DNA from: Squalus acanthias
Taxonomy: Eukaryota
Assembly: GCA_030390025.1 (NCBI GenBank)
Contig: CM059431.1
Span: forward strand, 136,464,001 to 136,528,000
DNA: 64,000 nucleotides
Direction: 5' to 3'
The notes beneath the pieces were generated by a model, which was not told where the DNA came from, made no database searches, and was given only the letters and a program-made list of their open reading frames with translations. Each line of letters starts with the position of its first letter. Position 1 is the first letter of the stretch. This document shows positions 13,061-22,968 of the stretch, piece after piece. The translations under genes were made by a program, and so were the position numbers.

Positions 13061-13271
13061 GAACTCCCTACCTAAAAGCACTGTGTGAGTACCTTCAACA
13101 CAGAGACTGCAGCGGTTCAAGAAGGCGGCTCACCAGCACCTTCTCAAGGGAAGTTAGGGATGGGCAATAAATGCTGGCCTTGCCAGCGACGCGCACATCC
13201 CAGGAACGAATAAAAAAAATGCATATTGAGTGAATGTTTTGCGCAACACCTCCGTTCAGTGCGCAACCGTG

Positions 13272-13460
13272 GTTGAAGCGAATAGTATCGATGCATTTAC
13301 GGAGAGGCTAAGCAAGCATATGAGGGAGAAGGGAATAGAGGGTTCTGCTGATAGATGAGGAAAGACGGGAATAGGCTCGAATGGAGCATAAACGCCGGAA
13401 TGGACTGGTTGGGCCGAATGGCCTGTTTCTGTGCTGTGTATCCTATGTAATCTTATTTAA
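13272..13460 (+). mobile_element. CR1 LINE 3'-end fragment nested in the Penelope copy
   Basis: VEANSIDAF..RL..HM.EKGIEG C-terminus, then TGGGCCGAATGGCCTGTTTCTGTGCTG and a short-repeat tail. Confidence 0.85.
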
Positions 13461-13884
13461 ACCCTGAGCTGCCGTTCGCCTGTCACTTTAATTCTCTGCT
13501 CCACTCCCACTCTGACCTCACCGTCCTCGGCCTCTTACACTGTTCCAACGAAGCTCAACGTAAGCTCGAAGAACAGTACCTCATCTTTCGATTGAACAAT
13601 TTACAGCCTCAACAATGAGTTCAACAATTTCAGATCGTAACCTCTGCCTCCATTTTATTTCGGACCACAACTATTCATGATTCTGCTGTTGCCATTTACA
13701 CCTCTTCTAGACTCAGCTTTTGTTTCTTTAGTTGTCCTATTACCACCCCTGTTGCCTTGCGTCATGATCCCTTTTGTCTCCTGATTTCCACCCTATCCAC
13801 CCTACAGACATTCCCTTTTTTTTCCTCCAACTCGCCTTTCCCTGCCTCTGTACTTGCTTAAAATCTGTTGCATCTCCAAGTTTT

Positions 13885-13925
13885 TCCAGATTTGATGAAA
13901 GGTCGTCGACCTGAATAGTTAACTC
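13885..13925 (+). ncRNA. Degenerate hammerhead motif (probably inactive)
   Basis: TTGATGA-AAGGTCGTCGACCT-GAAT-AGTTAA: stem II (AGGTC/GACCT) intact, but core C and A are mutated. Confidence 0.55.
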
Positions 13926-14029
13926 TGTTTCTCTCTCCATAGATGCTGAGCGTTTGCAACATTTTCAGTTTTTATTTCCGATTTGCAGCATCTGCAGTAT
14001 TTTGCTTTAGTGTCAGTGTTTCCATCGAT

Positions 14030-14366
14030 CTCCCTGCCGTTCACTGTTTCCCAGTAACTCTGCTCTATCCGTTGATCTGGCTCTCCAGGCTCCCTGCCGT
14101 TCACTGCTGCCCAGTAACTCTGCTCTATCCGCTGATCTGGTTCTCCGGGCTCCCTGCCGTTCACTGCTGCCCAGTAACTCTGCTCTATCCGCTGATCTGG
14201 TTCTCCAGGCTCCCTGCCGTTCACTGCTGCCCAGCAACTCTGCTCTATCCGCTGATCTGGCTCTCCAGGCTCCCTGCCGTTCACTGCTGCCCAGTAACTC
14301 TGCTCTATCCGTTGATATGTTTCTCCAGGCTCCCTGTCGTTCACTGCTGCCCAGTAACTCTGCTCT
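14030..14366. repeat. 60-bp minisatellite, ~5.6 copies
   Basis: CTCCCTGCCGTTCACTGCTGCCCAGTAACTCTGCTCTATCCGCTGATCTGGTTCTCCAGG repeats in register on successive 60-nt lines. Confidence 0.97.
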
Positions 14367-14861
14367 AACTGTTGCCAAACCAATTCACCCTCCACACCGA
14401 CGCTGGTTTATTTTATTTCTAAGCCAGCACCAGAAGCTTCCGAAATCAAGGACTCGCACGTTACTTTTCTCCCCTCCAGATAAAAGACGATACTCATGAA
14501 CTCCACCCAGGCCCCTGCCCTCGGCCTGACCCTGGGTCCCAATCTGCCACCTCCTCACTGAATCTGTAACTTCGATTCCCGTGAGTCAACCTGGAGAACG
14601 TCTCTGTCACTTTGCCGCTTGCCAAGAGAGCAGACAGAGGCACAGCCAATCGTTGACAGCACCGGTCCCTATTTTATTGAAAAGGTCCATCGGTATTTTG
14701 GAAGTCTACACTCCAAATATCGCACTGCAGACCAATAGGTAAAGATCAGTGCTTTTGGAAATGTAAGCGGATTAGCATGGGATGGGGAGAATCAACGGAT
14801 TAATAAAAATCCAAAGGAACTTCAGACATACGTGTCAGCAGAGCCAATGGACGGTATCCAT

Positions 14862-15040
14862 CAATGGATTGTTAAAGTGAATGGACTGGGAACAGCAATG
14901 GATTGGAAAAGTTAATGGAATGGGACCGTCAATGGATTGGAAAAGTGATTGGAATGGGAACAGCAATGGATTGGAAAAGTGATTGGAATGGGACCATCAA
15001 TGGATTGGGAAATTGAATGGACTGGGACCATCAATGGATG
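14862..15040. repeat. 34-bp minisatellite, ~5 copies
   Basis: CAATGGATTGGAAAAGTGATTGGAATGGGAACAG-like units. Confidence 0.9.
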
Positions 15041-15049
15041 GGAAGGAAA

Positions 15050-15106
15050 GGCGGGGCAGGGTCAAAGGGCCAAATGACCAACTCCGGCTCCTATTTGTTA
15101 TGTTCT
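15050..15106 (+). mobile_element. Short CR1/HE1-type 3' tail remnant
   Basis: AAGGGCCAAATGACCAACTCCGGCTCCTATTTGTTATGTTCT resembles the tail at 20100-20161. Confidence 0.65.
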
Positions 15107-15230
15107 AACCATTGGTGGCTGTTCCTTCAGCATTCTAAGTAATGAATTTTCCTCCCTAAACGTCTCTGCTGCAGACCTCTCGCTCGTCCTTGAAGATGCT
15201 CCTTACAACCTTCGACTTTGTCTAGGCTGT
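15107..15230 (+). mobile_element. Old L2-like LINE 3' fragment
   Basis: ACCATTGGTGGCTGTTCCTTCAGC..GAATTTTCCTCCCTAAAC..TTGAAGATGCTCCTTACAACC resembles the L2 C-terminus (G.RAFS..WNSLP..FK.LLKT). Confidence 0.5.
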
Positions 15231-15249
15231 CAGTAACCGACCCTAATTA

Positions 15250-15895
15250 CACAGTTACATAAGATTACATTGTAATTACAGATATAAACAGGTCATTCGG
15301 AACAACAGCGCCATGCAAGTATTTATACAAAACTGCTCCCACCCATCTCCACCTAACCCAACAGCATATCCTTCTTTTGATGTCCCACTCATCAGTTTAT
15401 CTGGCTTCCCCTTCAATGCTTCTATGCTAGTGGCCTCAATTACTCCCTATTGTAACTAGTTTCACATTCTAACCACTCTCTCGGTAAAGAGGTTTCACCT
15501 GAATTCGGTATTGGATTTATTCGTGAGTACCTTATATTTATTGCCTCTAGTTCTGGTCTCCCCCGCAATTAGAAACATCTTCCATACGTCAACCCTATTA
15601 AAACCTTTCATAATCTTAAAGCCGTCTATCGGGTCACCCCTAGCTCTTCTCTGTTCTACAGAAAAGGGCCGCTCCCCATTCAGTTGTTCGTAATATGTAT
15701 AACCTCTCAGTTCTGCTTTCAGTTTAGTAATTCTTTGCACCTTCTCCACTGCCTCTATTTCCCTTTTATTGTAAGGAGACCAGAACTGTCCACAAGTAAT
15801 TCAATTGTTGTCTATGCAAGGTTCTATGCAAGTTAACATAAACTCTCTGCTTTTCATTTCTGTCCCTCTATAAATTAATCCCGCTGCTTTGTTTC
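15250..15895 (-). mobile_element. CR1 LINE 3' fragment, diverged
   Basis: ORF 15495-15749 EKVQR..RRARGD..FKIMKGFNRVD..TRTRG.KYK is the CR1 ORF2 C-terminus; tail lies at the left end. Confidence 0.88.
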
Positions 15896-17330
15896 CTTCC
15901 CCACCACCACTTTGAAGTTTGTAGCTAACTGGAGACACAGCAAGCATCTCGGTGTCTGTAACTGTCAATGCAAAGAAACCCAGTCCACAGCTCTTACTCA
16001 TCGGAGTGTCCACATCCAACAGTGACACTCACAGCAGAATAAATATCTTCATTCTGTGATACATCAGCCCGATGTTGTGTTACGTTATATGAATATTAAG
16101 TGAAGTGATTTCACCACAATAGTCACACTTCACAGTCACGGTGTTGTGGCCGTGGAGCTGACTTTTGTAGGTAGCACCATGTCGAGGAGGACATTGTTCG
16201 ATCAACTCTTCCTGTTTGTCGAGGATGCCACTACAATACATTTGGAAACTGGGAGCCTGGCTCCTGGATGGAGCACAGCCAGAAAATATAAAGGACTGGC
16301 CACAGAGTCAAAAATAGCTGATATGATGCCCAAAACAGAGACATGGGGAATGAACTGCCTCCAACTGAACTGTCTCTAACCGGGGACTGAACCTTGATAC
16401 ATGGAGACTGAACTGACCCTAAGCAGGGTCTGAAGAGTGAGACATGGAGAATGAACTGCCTCTAACCGGGGACTTGAGAGTGAGACATGGAGATTGAACT
16501 GCATCTAACCGGGGACTGAAGAGTGAGACATGGAGAATGAACTGCCTCTAACTGGGGACTAGAGAGTGAGACATGGAAATTGAACTGCCTCTAACCGGGG
16601 ACTTGAGAGTGAGACATGGAGATTGAACTGCATCTAACCGGGGACTGAAGAGTGAGACATGGAGAATGAACTGCCTCTAACCGGGGACTAGAGAGTGCGA
16701 CATGAAGATTGACCTGCCTCTAACCGGGGACTTGAAAATGAGACATGGAGATTGAACTGCATCTAACCGGGGACTGAAGAGTGAGACATGGAGATTCAAT
16801 ATGTTCCAACCAGCGTCTGAAGAGCGAGACATGAAGAATGAACTCGCTCTAAGCGGGGACAGAGGAACGAGACATGGAGAATGAACTGCCTCTAAGCGGG
16901 GACAGAGGAACGAGACATGGAGAATTAACTCACTCAAACTGGTGAATGAAGAGCGAGATATGGAGAATGAATTGCCTCTAACCGGGGATTGAGAGCGTGA
17001 CATGGAGATTGAACATATTTTAAACAGGGACTGAAGACCGAGACATGGACAATGTACTGCCTCCAACTTGGGATAGAAGAGCGAGACATGGGAAAAGAAC
17101 TGCCACGAAACGGGGACTGGAGAACGAGACGTGGGGAATGAAATGCCTCTAACCACGTACTGAAGAGCAAGAAATAGAGATTGAACTGTTTGTAACCAGT
17201 GACTAAAGAGCGAGACATGCCTCTAACCGGGTCCTGAAATTTGATACATGGTCTCTGAAATGCCTCTTAACACGGACTGAAGAGTGAGATAGGGGGAACG
17301 AACTGCCCCTAACCGGGGACTGAAGAGCGA

Positions 17331-17926
17331 TAACATAACAACATAGGAAATACGAGGAGGAGTCGGCCATTTGGCGCTTCGAACCTGCTCCGCCATTCAG
17401 TGAGATCATGGCTGATCGTTCACAATATCTCCACTTTCCTGCACTATCCCCATATCCCTTTGATCCCTTAATATTCGAAAATCTATCGATCTCTGTCTTG
17501 AATATAATCAACGACTGAGCCTCCACAGCCCTCTGGGGTAGAGAATTCCAAAGATTCACCACTCTCTGAGTGAAGAGATTTCTCCTCATCTCAGTCCTAA
17601 ATGGCCGACCCCTTATTCTGAGTCTGTGACCGCTGGTTCTAGACTCCCAGCCAGGGGAAACATCCTCCCTGTATATACCTGTCAAGCCCTGTAAGAATTC
17701 TGTATGTTTCAATGAGATCACCTCTCATTCTTCTAAACTATGGAGTATAAAATCATAGTCTATTCAATCTCTCCTCGATGGACAGTGCCCCCATCCCAGG
17801 AACCAGTCTGATGAACCTTAGTTGCAATCCCTCTATGGCAAGTATATCATTCCTTAGGAAAGCAGAACATAACTGTACACAATAGTCCAGGTATAGTCTC
17901 ACCAGGGCCCTATATAACTGCAGTAA
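17331..17926 (-). mobile_element. HER1/CR1 LINE 3' fragment inserted in the 43-bp satellite (copy 1)
   Basis: ORF 17203-17721 GHRLRIRGRPFRTEMRRNLFTQRVVNLWNSLPQRAVEA; CR1 tail at the left end. Confidence 0.93.
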
Positions 17927-17988
17927 GACATGGATAATGAACTGTCTCTAACTACAGACTACAGACTTCTTACAGAAACTCAGCACCC

Positions 17989-20064
17989 ATGGAACAGTTG
18001 AACCAGGAACACTCCTCGTCACGATGGACGTATCGGCACTCTACACCAGTATCCCCCACGATGACGGCATCGCTGCGAGAGCCTCAGTACTCAACGCCAA
18101 CAACAGCCAATCTCCAGACGCCATCCTACAACTCATCCGTTTCATCCTTGATCACAATGTCTTCACCTTCGACAACCAGAAGTAGCAGCAAACCCGGGGA
18201 CTGGGAGAACTTTAAAACTCAGCAGAGGAGGACGAAGGGTTTGATTAGGGCAGGGAAAATAAAATATGAAAGGAAGCTTGCGGAGAACATTAAAACGGAC
18301 TGCAAAAGCTTCTATAAATGTGTAAAAAGAAAAAGGTTAGTAAAAACAAACGTAGGTCCCCTGCAGTCAGAAACAGGGGAAGTCATAACGGGGAACAAAG
18401 AAATGGCAGATCAATTGAACAATTACTTTGGGACGGTGTTTACTGTGGAGGACACAAACAACCTTCCGGAAATAAAAGAGATCAAAGGATCTGGTAAGAG
18501 GGAGGAGCTGAGGGACATCCTGATCAGTCGGGAAAAGGTGTTGGGGAAATTGATGGGACTGAAGGCTGATAAATCCCCAGGGCCTGATGGTCTGCATCCC
18601 AGAGTACTTAAGGAGGTGGCCTTGGAAATAGTGGATGCATTTACGATCATTTTCCAACATTCCTTAGACTCTGGATCAGTTCCAAAGGAGTGGAGGGTGG
18701 CTAATGTAACCCCTCTTTTTAAAAAAGGAGGGAGGGAGAAAGCAGGGAATTATAGACCGGTCAGCCAGACATCGGTGGTGGGTAAAATGATGGAATCAAT
18801 TATTAAAGATGTCATAACAGACCATTTGGAAAGTGGCGACATGATAGGTCCAAGTCAGCATGGATTTGTGAAAGGGAAATCATGCTTGACAAATCTTCTG
18901 GAATTTTTTGAGGATGTTTCCAATAGGGTGGACGGAGGGGGGGAACCAGTAGATGTGGTGTATTTGGACTTTCAGAAGGCCTTCGACAAGGTCCCACACA
19001 AGAGATTGGTGTGCAAAGTTAAAGCACATGGGATTGGGGATAATGTGTTGACGTGGATTGAGAACTGGTTGGCACACAGGAAACAAAGAGTAGGAGTAAA
19101 TGGGTACTTTTCAGAATGGCAGGCAGTGACCAGCGGGGTACCGCAGGGTTCGGTGCTGGGGCCCCAGCTGTTTACATTATATATTAATGATTTGGACGAA
19201 GGGATTAATTGTAATATCTCCAAATTTGCGGATGACACTAAATTGGGAGGCAGTGTGAACAATGAGGAGGATGCTAGGAGGCTACAGAGTGACTTGGACA
19301 GGTTGGGTGAATGGGCAAATGTATGGCAGATGAAGTACAATGTGGATAAATGTGAGGTTATCCACTTTGGTGGTAAATATAGGGAGGCAGACTATTACCT
19401 GAATGGTGGCAGATTAGTGAAAGGGGAGGTGCAACGAGACCTGGGCGTCATGGTACATCAGTCACTGAAGGTGGGAAGGCAAGTGCAGCAGGCAGTCAAG
19501 AAAACAAATGGCATGATGGCCTTCATAGCAAGGGGATTTGAGTACAGGAGTAGGGAGGTGATGCTACAGTTGTACAGGGCCTTGGTGAGGCCAAACCTGG
19601 AGTATTGTATGCAGTTTTGGTCTCCTAACTTGAGGAAGGACATTCTTGCTATTGAGGGAGTGCAGCGAAGGTTCACTAGATTGATTCCTGGGATGGCCAG
19701 ACTGACATATCAAGAAAGACTGGATCAACTGAACTTGTATCCTCTGGAGTTCAGAAGAATGAGGGGGGATCTTATAGAGACGTTTAAAATCCTGACTGGT
19801 TTAGACAAATTAGATGCGGGCAGAATGTTTCCAATGTTAGGGAAAACTAAAACCAGGGGTCACAGTCTAAGGATAAAGGGGAAGCCATTTAAGACTGAGA
19901 TGAGGAGGAACTTCTTCACCCAGAGAGTGGTGAATCTGTGGAATTCTCTACCACAGAAGGTTGTTGAGGCCAGTTCGCTAAATATTTTCAAAAGGGAGTT
20001 AGATATAATACTCACAACTAGGGGGATCAAGGGGTATGGCGAGAAAGCAGGAATGGGGTACTGA
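17989..20064 (+). CDS. CR1 ORF2 reverse transcriptase, lacking the APE endonuclease; first ~64 aa are off-frame Penelope sequence
   Basis: KSPGPDG, GNYRPVS, QHGF, YLDFQKAFDKVPH, SGVPQGSVLGP, FADD, WNSLP; no stops over ~628 CR1 codons. Confidence 0.85.
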   Translation: MEQLNQEHSSSRWTYRHSTPVSPTMTASLREPQYSTPTTANLQTPSYNSSVSSLITMSSPSTTRSSSKPGDWENFKTQQRRTKGLIRAGKIKYERKLAENIKTDCKSFYKCVKRKRLVKTNVGPLQSETGEVITGNKEMADQLNNYFGTVFTVEDTNNLPEIKEIKGSGKREELRDILISREKVLGKLMGLKADKSPGPDGLHPRVLKEVALEIVDAFTIIFQHSLDSGSVPKEWRVANVTPLFKKGGREKAGNYRPVSQTSVVGKMMESIIKDVITDHLESGDMIGPSQHGFVKGKSCLTNLLEFFEDVSNRVDGGGEPVDVVYLDFQKAFDKVPHKRLVCKVKAHGIGDNVLTWIENWLAHRKQRVGVNGYFSEWQAVTSGVPQGSVLGPQLFTLYINDLDEGINCNISKFADDTKLGGSVNNEEDARRLQSDLDRLGEWANVWQMKYNVDKCEVIHFGGKYREADYYLNGGRLVKGEVQRDLGVMVHQSLKVGRQVQQAVKKTNGMMAFIARGFEYRSREVMLQLYRALVRPNLEYCMQFWSPNLRKDILAIEGVQRRFTRLIPGMARLTYQERLDQLNLYPLEFRRMRGDLIETFKILTGLDKLDAGRMFPMLGKTKTRGHSLRIKGKPFKTEMRRNFFTQRVVNLWNSLPQKVVEASSLNIFKRELDIILTTRGIKGYGEKAGMGY

Positions 20065-20161
20065 GGTAGCATGTTCAGCCATGAACGCATTGAATGGCGG
20101 TGCATGCTCGAAGGACCGAATGGTCTACTCCTGCACCTATTTTCTATGTTTCTATGTTTCT
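18180..20161 (+). mobile_element. Young 5'-truncated HER1/CR1 LINE nested in the Penelope RT
   Basis: Uninterrupted ORF2 RT, (TTTCTATG)n tail, candidate TSD AACCAG (18174-18179)/AATCAG (20162-20167); Penelope frame FDNQ resumes as NQFF. Confidence 0.96.
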
Positions 20162-21366
20162 AATCAGTTTTTTACGCAAACACACGGAACAGCCATGGGG
20201 ACCAAAATCGCACCCCAATACGCCAACATCTTCATGCACAAGTTCGAGCAAGACTTCTTCGCTGCACAGGACCTCCAACCAACGCTGTACACCAGTACAT
20301 CGACGACATCTTCTTCATTTGGACCCACGGCGAAGGATCACTAAAAGGACTACACGATAACATCAACAGGTTCCATCCCAGCATCAAACTCACCATGGAC
20401 TACTCCTCAGAATCGGTTTCATTCTTGGACACTCGAATCTCCATCAAAGACGGACACCTCAGCACTTCACTCTACCGCAAGCCCACGGACAACCTCACGA
20501 TGCTACACTTCTCCAGCTTCCACCCTAACCACGTTAAAGAAGCCATCCCCTATGGACATGCCCTGCGAATACACAGGAGCTGCTCAGACGAGGAGGAACG
20601 CGATGGACACCTACGGACGCTGAAAGACGACCTCGTAAGAACGGGATATGACGCTCGACTCGTCGATCGACAGCTCCGACGGGCCACAGCGAAAAATCGC
20701 ATAGACCTCCTCAGAAGGCGAACACGGGACAAAACCAACAGAGTACCCTACGTCGTCCAGTACTTCCCCGGAGCGGAGAAACTACGCCATGTTCTTCGCA
20801 GCCTTTAACATGTCATCGATAACGACGAACACCTTGTTAAGGCCATCCCCACGCCTCCACTGCTCGCCTTCAAGCAGCAGCCTAACCTCAAAAGTACCGT
20901 CGTTCGTAGCAAATTACCCAGCTGTCAGGAGAACAGCGACCACGACACCACACAACCCTGCCACGGCAACCTCTGCAAGACATGCCAGATCATCAACACA
21001 GATACCATCATCACACGTGAGGACACCACCCACCAGGTACATGGTACATACTCATGTGACTCGGACAACGTTGTCTGCATCATACGTTGCAGGAAAGAAT
21101 GCACCGTGGCATGGTACATCGGCGAGATCATGCAGACCCTGAGACAACGTATGAACGGACACCAGGCAACAATCGTCAGGCAGGATTGTTACCTCCCAGT
21201 CGGGGTACACTTCAGCAGTCAAGGTCATTCAGCCTCGGATCTGCGGGTAAGCGTTCTCCAAGGCGGCCTTCGAGACACACGACAATGCAAAATTATCGAG
21301 CAGAAACTGATAGCCAAGTTCCGCACCCATGAGGACAGCCTCAATAGGGATCTCGGTTTCATGTGA
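20162..21366 (+). pseudogene. Penelope RT C-terminus, thumb and GIY-YIG endonuclease, disrupted
   Basis: Frameshift near 20295, in-frame TAA at 20806-20808, ORFs 20395-20808 and 21106-21366 in the same frame. Confidence 0.9.
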
Positions 21367-21604
21367 CGCTACAGAACGTGACTCGACATCGTTGTCTGGT
21401 TCACAGGTGTGATTTCCAGTTTTTTAAATAAAGTAAAAAGGTTAACTGCAGACTTCAGCATTTGACACGTTGGACCCTCTGTGACCCACCTCATTGTCTT
21501 AGCTGTACTCTGAAGTATCTTTGATGTAATGCCTCCCTGACGGATTGTATCTCTGCAGACACATTGTTCTCTGTCTATATATACTTTGTAATCGATTTGT
21601 ATTC

Positions 21605-21650
21605 CCTCACTGTATCTGACGAAGGAGCTGAGCTCCGAAAGCTCGTAATT
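21605..21650 (+). ncRNA. Minimal hammerhead ribozyme-like motif in the Penelope tail
   Basis: CTGACGA (21616-21622)-A-GGAGC-TGA-GCTCC-GAAA (21637-21640)-GCTC: both core boxes and a perfect 5-bp stem II. Confidence 0.8.
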
Positions 21651-22372
21651 TCAAATAAAACTGTTGGACTATAACCTGGTGTTGTGCGACTTCTCATTTT
21701 TGTCCACCCCAGTCCTACACTGGCATCTCCGCATCATGTCTCTAACCGGGTACTGAAGTTTGGGACATGGAGTCTGAGCTGCTTCTCACCGGTGAATAAA
21801 GATTGAGAGAGGGGAATGAACTGCCTCTAACCGGGGACTGAAGAGCCAAACATGGAGAATTAACTGCCTCTAACCGGGAAATGAAGAGCGAGGCATGGAG
21901 AATTAACTGTCTCTAACTGGGGAATGAAGAGCATGACATGAAGAATAAACTGTTTTTAACCGAGGATGGAGTAGCAAGAATTGGAGAATTAACAGGCTCC
22001 ACCCGGGGACAAGAGAGTGAGACATGTTGAATGAACTGCCTCTAAACGAGGAGAATGAGACATGGAGAATGAACTGCCTCTAACAGGGAAACGAAGAGAG
22101 AGACATGGAATATGAACTGTGTCTAACTGGGGACTGAAGAGCGAGACATGAAGATTGAACTGCCTCGAACCGGGAGCTGAAGAGTGAGACATGGAAAATA
22201 AACTGTCACTAAACGGGTACTGAAATTTGATACATGGACTATGAATGCCTCTAACTGAGGACAGATATGCAAGACTTGTAGAATCAGACATGCAGAATGA
22301 ACAGTCTCTAACCGGTGACTGAAGAGCGAGACATAGAGAATGAATTGCCTCTAACCAGGGACTGAAGAGCGA

Positions 22373-22968
22373 TGACATAAGAACATAAGAAATAGGAGCA
22401 GGAGTAGGCCATTTGGCGCTTCGAGCCTGCTCCGCCATTCAATAAGATGATCGCTGATCTTCCACCTCATCTCCACTTTCCTGCACTAGCCCCATATCCC
22501 TTGAATCACTTAATATTCGAAAATCTATCGCTCTCTGTGTTGAATATACTCAACGACTGAGCCTCCACAGCACTCTGGGGTAGATAGTTCCAAAGATTCA
22601 CCACCCTCTGAGTGAAGAAATTTCTCCTCAGCTCAGTCCTAAATGGCCGAGCCATTCTTCTGAGTCTGTGTTCGCTGGTTCTAGACTCCCAGCCAGGGGA
22701 AACATCCTCCCTGCATCTACCCTGTCAAGTCCTGTAAGAATTCTGTATGTTTCAATGAGATCACCACTCATTCTTCTAAACTGTGGAGTGTAAAATTCTA
22801 GTCTATTCAATATCTCCTCGTTGGACAGTGCCCCCATCCCAGGAACCAGTCTGATTAATCTTCGTTGCAATCCCTCTATGGCAAGTATATCATTCCTTAG
22901 GTAAGCAGAACAGAACTGTACAAAATAGTGCAGGTGTAGTCTGACCAGGGCCCTATATAACTGCAGTA
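22373..22968 (-). mobile_element. HER1/CR1 LINE 3' fragment (copy 2, duplicate of 17331-17926)
   Basis: Same ends (GAAGAGCGAT..ACATAA and CCCTATATAACTGCAGTAAGACATGG) and shared private variants such as CCATTTGGCGCTTCGA. Confidence 0.93.

Larger units (their letters stand above)
9962..13219 (+). mobile_element. CR1-group non-LTR retrotransposon, near full-length and decayed, with a tRNA/SINE-like 5' head
   Basis: APE endonuclease remnants (PDIIILT, RQDRPTRGGG, DH) and RT remnants (NPANYRP.SLLS, GVPQGSVLGP, MFSDD) in order; 3' end GGGATGGGCAATAAATGCTGGCCTTGCCAGCGAC..GAATAAAAAAAA. Confidence 0.92.
9908..14010 (+). mobile_element. Inverted partial copy of the same Penelope 3' end, split into three pieces (9908-9960, 13220-13271, 13461-14010)
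   Basis: Pieces read NLVHCIRCSRFGLL / ..FAQHLRSVRNR / PELPFACHFNS..HCSNEAQRKLEEQYLIFRL and are the reverse complement of ~8560-9200. Confidence 0.88.
17953..21736 (+). mobile_element. Penelope-like element (Neptune-type Cys linker), 5'-truncated, with 10-bp TSD
   Basis: RT motifs LVTMDVSALYTSIPH, GTAMGTKIAPQYANIFM, YIDDIF (after a 1-nt frameshift), FLD, LYRKPTD; CHGNLCKTC linker; GIY-YIG NVVCIIRC..WYIGE..RMNGH; TGTCTCTAAC at 17943-17952 and 21737-21746. Confidence 0.95.

Noticed and set aside
15900..16340. ORFs 15801-16028 and 16146-16379 in unassigned sequence
   Set aside because: Short, non-ATG starts, no recognisable motif, and they run into CR1 or satellite sequence
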